Part shown: positions 59,651 through 64,000 of the stretch, piece by piece
Layout of the letters: each line of letters begins with the position of its first letter
Position numbering within the stretch: position 1 is the first letter of the stretch
DNA from: the human T2T-CHM13v2.0 reference genome, Homo sapiens
Direction: 5' to 3' (one strand)
Length of the DNA stretch: 64,000 nucleotides
Assembly: GCF_009914755.1 (NCBI RefSeq)
Contig: NC_060940.1
Program-made: the position numbers and the translations under genes
The notes under the pieces: model-generated
Database searches by the model: none
What the model was told of the DNA's origin: nothing
The model's input: only the letters and a program-made list of their open reading frames with translations

Positions 59651-62600
59651 CTATGGTTCCACAGGTTTCCATTCGATGACGTTTCCGTTCGTGTCCATTC
59701 CATTATTCCATTCTATTTCATTTGATGATGATTCCATTCGATTCCATTCATTGGTGATTCCACTCAATTCCATTCAATGATTCCATTCCATTTCTTTCAA
59801 CAATGATTCCATTACTTTCTATTCGATGATCCACTTGATTCCATTTGGCGATGATTCCATTCGTGTCCATTCGATGATTCCATTTGATTCCATATGATGA
59901 TGATTCCATTCGATTCCATACCATGATGATTCCATTCGAGTCCATTCAATGGTGATTCCATTCAATTCCATTTGATGATTCCTTCCGATTCCATTCGATG
60001 ATGATGGCATTCGATTCCTTTCAATCATTCCCTTTGATTCCATTCAAAGGTGATTTCATTCAAGTCCATTCGATAATTGCATTCGATTCCATTCTATGAT
60101 GATTCCATTCGAGTCCATTTGATGATTCCATTCAATTCAAGTCAATGATGATTCCATTTAATTCCACTCGATGATTCCATTGGATTCAATTCGATGATGA
60201 TTCCATTCAAATCCATTCGATAATTCAATTCAAGTCCATTCGATGATGATTCCAATCGAATCCATTCAAAGATTCCATTCAATTCCATTCGATGATGATT
60301 CCCTTAGATTCCATTCGATGATTCCACTTGATTCCATTTACGATGATTCCATTCGATTCCATGTGATGAATCCATTCAATTCTATTCAATGATGTTTCCA
60401 TTTGATTCCATTGGACCATGATTGCCTTTGATTCCATTCAATGATTCCATTCGGTTCCATTTGATGATGATTCCGTTCGATTCCATTTCATTATTCCATT
60501 TGATTCCATTGGATGAGTCCATTCGATTACATTCGATGATTATTCCATTCGAGTGCATTAGATGATTGCATTCGAGTCCATTCGATGATTCCATTCGATT
60601 CCATTCGATGTTGATTCTGTTCAAATCCATTCGATGATTCCACTCGATTCCATTCGATGACTCCATTTGATCCCATTCGATGATTTCCTGTGATTCCCTT
60701 TGATGATCATTCTATTTGATTCAATTCGGTGATTTCATTTCATTCCATTCAGTGATGTTTCCATTCGACTGTATTCGATGATGATTCCATTCGACTCCAT
60801 TCGATTATGATTTCATTCAATTCCATTCAATAATGATTCCCTTCGAGTCAATTCGATGATTCCATTCGATTCCATTCAACGATGATTTGATTCGTTTCCA
60901 TTCGATGATTCCATTTGATTCCACTTGATGATGATTCCATTCGAGTCCATTTGATGATTCCATTCGAGTCTATTTATGTATTATATTCGTGTCCACTTCA
61001 TGATTCCATTCAATTCCATTTAATGTTGATTCCATTTGATTCCATTTGATGATTCAGTTCGATTCCTTGCAATGATTCCCTACGATTCCTTTCTCTGATG
61101 ATTCCATTCGATTCCATTCATTGATGATTTCATTCGACTCCATTCGATGATGATTCCTTTCGATTCCATTTGACGATGTTTCCATTCGAGTCCATTCGAT
61201 GATGATTCTATTCAATTCTGTTCTATTATGATTCCATTCGATTTCATTCAATGCTTCTATTTGATTCCATTCGATGATGATTCCATCTCTTTCCCTTCGA
61301 TGATTCCATTTGATTCCATTCAGTGATGATTCCATTTGATTCCATCTGATGATGATTTCACTTGATTCCTTTCAATGATGATTCAATTCAAGTCCATTCG
61401 ATGATTCCATTGGAGTCCAAACGATCATTCCGTTCGATTCCATTCAATGGTGATTCCATTCATGTCCATTCGATGAATCCATTCAATTCCATTCGATGAT
61501 GACTCCATTCGAGTACATTCGATGATTCCATTTGATTCCATTTGAAGATGATTCCATTCAATTCCATTCGAAGATGATTCCATTCAATTCCATTCGATGA
61601 TGATTCCGTATGAATCCATTCTCTGATTATTCCATTCGATTCCATTCATTGACGATTCCATTCAATTCCATTCAATGATGATTCTCTTCTATTCCATTCG
61701 ATGATTCCGGTCGATTCCATTCGATGATGATTCCATTAGATTCCATTCGATTGTTGCATTCGATTCCCTTCGATGATGATTCCTTTGAATTCCATTCGAT
61801 TATCATTCCGTATGAATCCATTTGATGATTATTCCATTGGATTCCTTTCGATGATGATTCCATTCGATTCCATTTGATGATGTTTCTCTTGTATTCCATT
61901 GGATAATTCCTTTCAGTTCCCTTCGATGATTATTCTTTCGAGTCAATTCGATGATTCTATTCCATTCCCTTCGATGATGATTCCATTTCACTCCATTTGA
62001 TGATTCCATTCGACTCAATTTGGGGATGATTCAATTCGATGACATTCGATGACTCCATTCAATTTCATTTGATGATGATTACATTCGAGTCCATTTGATG
62101 ATTGTATTCCTTTCCTTTTGATGATTATTCCATTCGTGTCTATTCAAAGGTTCCATTCTATTCCATTCAATGATGATTGCATTTGATTCCATTCAATGAT
62201 TATGGCTATCGATTCCACTCGTTGATTCCATTTGATTCCGTTCGATGATTATTCCGTTAGATTCCATTAGAAGATTCCATTCGATTTTATTCAATGATTC
62301 CAATGGATTCCATTCAATGATGATTCCATTCGACTCCATTCAGTGATTCCATTCGAGTCCATTTGATGATTCCATTCTTTTCCATTTGATGATGATTCCA
62401 TTAGGGTCCATTCAATGATTCCATTCGAGTCCATTCGTTAATGCCTTTCGAGTCCTTTTGATCACTACATTCGAGTCCATTCAATGATTCTATTCGATTC
62501 CATTCCATGATGATTCCATTCGAGTTCATTCGATGATTGCATTCGAGTCCATTTGATGATTCCATATGATTCCATTCGACAATGATTCCATTCGTGTCCA

Positions 62601-63777
62601 TTTGATGATTCCATTCATTTCCTATCGATGAAGATTCCATTCAAGTGTATTCGATGATTCCATTCAAATCCATTCGATGATGATTCCATTCCAGTCCATT
62701 CGATCATTCCACTTGATTCCATTTGATGACTATTCCATTCAAATCCATTTGATGATTCCATTCGATTCCATTCGATGTTACCATTCGAGTATATACGATG
62801 ATTCCACTCGATTCCATTTGATGATTATTCCATTGGAGTCCACTTAGTGAATCCTTTAGATTCTACTGGAAGATGATTCCATTCGAGTCCATTCGATGAT
62901 ACCATTCAATTCCATTCGTTGATGCTTCCATTCAAGTGCATTCGATGATATCATTCGATTCCATTTGATGATAATTCCATTTGATTCCATGTGATGATTC
63001 TATTCCATTCCATTCAATGATAATTCCATTCAATTCAGTGATTCCTCTGGACTCCATTTGATGATGATTCCATTCAATGATTCCATTCGATTATATTCGA
63101 AAATGATTCCATTTGAATCCATTTGATGATGATTCCATTGGATTCCATTTGATGATTCCATTCGATTCCATTCGATGATGATTCCATTCGATTCCTTTTG
63201 ATGAATCCATTCTATTGTATTCGATGATGATTCCATTCGATTCCATTCGATGATGATTGGATTCGATTCCATTTGATGATTTCATTTGATTCCATTCGAT
63301 AAGGATTTCGATCAATTCCATTCAATGATTCCATTCGATTCCATTCGATAATGATTACATCCGAGTCCATTCGATGATTCCATTTGAGCCCGTTCGATAA
63401 TTCCATTTGAGTCCAATCAATGATTCCATTCATTTCCATTCAATGATTCCATTCGAGTCCATTTGATCATTCCGGTAGGGTCCGTTCGATGTTGATTCCA
63501 TTGGAGTGCATTCGATGATTCCATTCGAGTCCATTTTATGATTTGATTCGAGTCCTTTCGATGATTCCATTCGATTCCACTCGATGATTTCATTCGAGTC
63601 CATTCGACACTTCCAATCGATTCCATTTGATGTTTCCATTCGATTCCAATTGATGATTCCATTCAATTCCATTCGATGATGATTCCGTACGATTCCATTC
63701 TGTGATGATTCCATGTGATTGCATTCAATGATGATTCCTTTCGATTGCATTCGATTATGATTCATTTCGTGTTCATT
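59651..63777 (+). repeat. Unit U9, short type (4127 bp), close copy of U2
   Basis: Constant offset 53518 (6230/59748, 7942/61460, 9899/63417). Shares private variants with U2: GATGACGTTTCCGTTCG, CCTTCCGA, CCTGTGATTCCC, GACTGTATTCG. Confidence 0.9.
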
Positions 63778-64000
63778 CTATGGTTCCACAGGTTTCCATT
63801 CGATGATGTTTCCATTCGTGTCCATTCCATTATTCCATTCTATTCCATTTGAAGATGATTCCATTCGATTCCATTCATTGGTGATTCCACTCAATTCCAT
63901 TCAATGATTCCATTCCATTTCTTTCAACAATGATTCCATTAGTTTCTATTCGATGATCCACTTGATTCCATTTGACGATGATTCCATTCGTGTCCATTCG
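63778..64000 (+). repeat. Start of next unit (U3-like head), truncated by the window end
   Basis: Matches 10260-10482, including CAGGTTTCCATTCGATGATGTTTCCATTCGTGTCC and TTGAAGATG. Confidence 0.85.

Larger units (their letters stand above)
1..64000 (+). repeat. Human satellite II (HSat2/HSATII) pericentromeric tandem array, CATTC strand on +; probably HSat2B-type (~6.1-kb period)
   Basis: Seen: continuous ATTCCATTCG / GATGATTCCATTCGAGTCCATTC 23- and 26-bp monomers from base 1 to 64000, with frequent CATTCGATTC and (GAT)2-3 spacers. Knowledge: this is the HSat2 signature, unlike the purer (CATTC)n of HSat3. The subfamily call is an inference from the 6112-bp unit length. Confidence 0.97.

Noticed and set aside
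151-63765. Hundreds of minus-strand ORFs encoding MESNGIIEWNR-like peptides (up to 193 aa at 31723-32304 and 44383-44964)
   Set aside because: They are direct translations of GGAAT/CGAAT/CATC repeats on a strand poor in stop codons and rich in ATG. They overlap in all three frames, indels between copies ignore frame, and no domain is recognisable.
1-64000. CRISPR-like or other prokaryotic repeat-spacer system
   Set aside because: The 23/26-bp monomers are directly tandem with no unique spacers, leader or cas genes.
1-64000. HSat3, alpha satellite/CENP-B boxes, telomeric repeats
   Set aside because: Pure (CATTC)n runs are only 3-4 copies long, and CATTCGATTC with GATGAT dominates. I saw no 171-bp period, CENP-B box or TTAGGG array; the single TTAGGG words are incidental.
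1-64000. Inversion or strand switch within the array
   Set aside because: CATTC stays on the + strand throughout; I saw no GAATG-rich tract on +.

Overview
The whole 64 kb is one uninterrupted, single-orientation array of classical human/great-ape satellite II (HSat2/HSATII). It is built from diverged CATTC pentamers arranged as 23-bp (GATGATTCCATTCGATTCCATTC) and 26-bp (one extra GAT) monomers, with abundant TCGA. I see no genes, transposons, alpha satellite, inversions or unique DNA, and every ORF in the track is a translation artefact of the GAATG strand. The rare landmark CTATGGTTCCAC (at 70, 6133, 10260, 15993, 22105, 26173, 38101, 49930, 59651, 63778) divides the array into units of 6063, 4127, 5733, 6112, 4068, 11928, 11829, 9721 and 4127 bp. 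The ~6.1-kb period matches my recollection of the HSat2B subfamily (chr16q11.2-type); that assignment is from memory and needs a search. I found no evidence for a new gene-based biological system. The non-trivial content is structural: (i) an ~11.8-kb unit holds all sequence modules, and the 6.1-kb and 4.1-kb units look like internal-deletion derivatives of it; (ii) there is an ~11.8-kb higher-order repeat of ~2.7 copies and a 53.5-kb-offset duplication; (iii) most indels are sums of 23/26/49 bp; (iv) several units are mosaics with readable recombination junctions; (v) DUX4-type motifs are confined to one module. All alignments were done by eye plus ORF-track offsets, so breakpoints are approximate.
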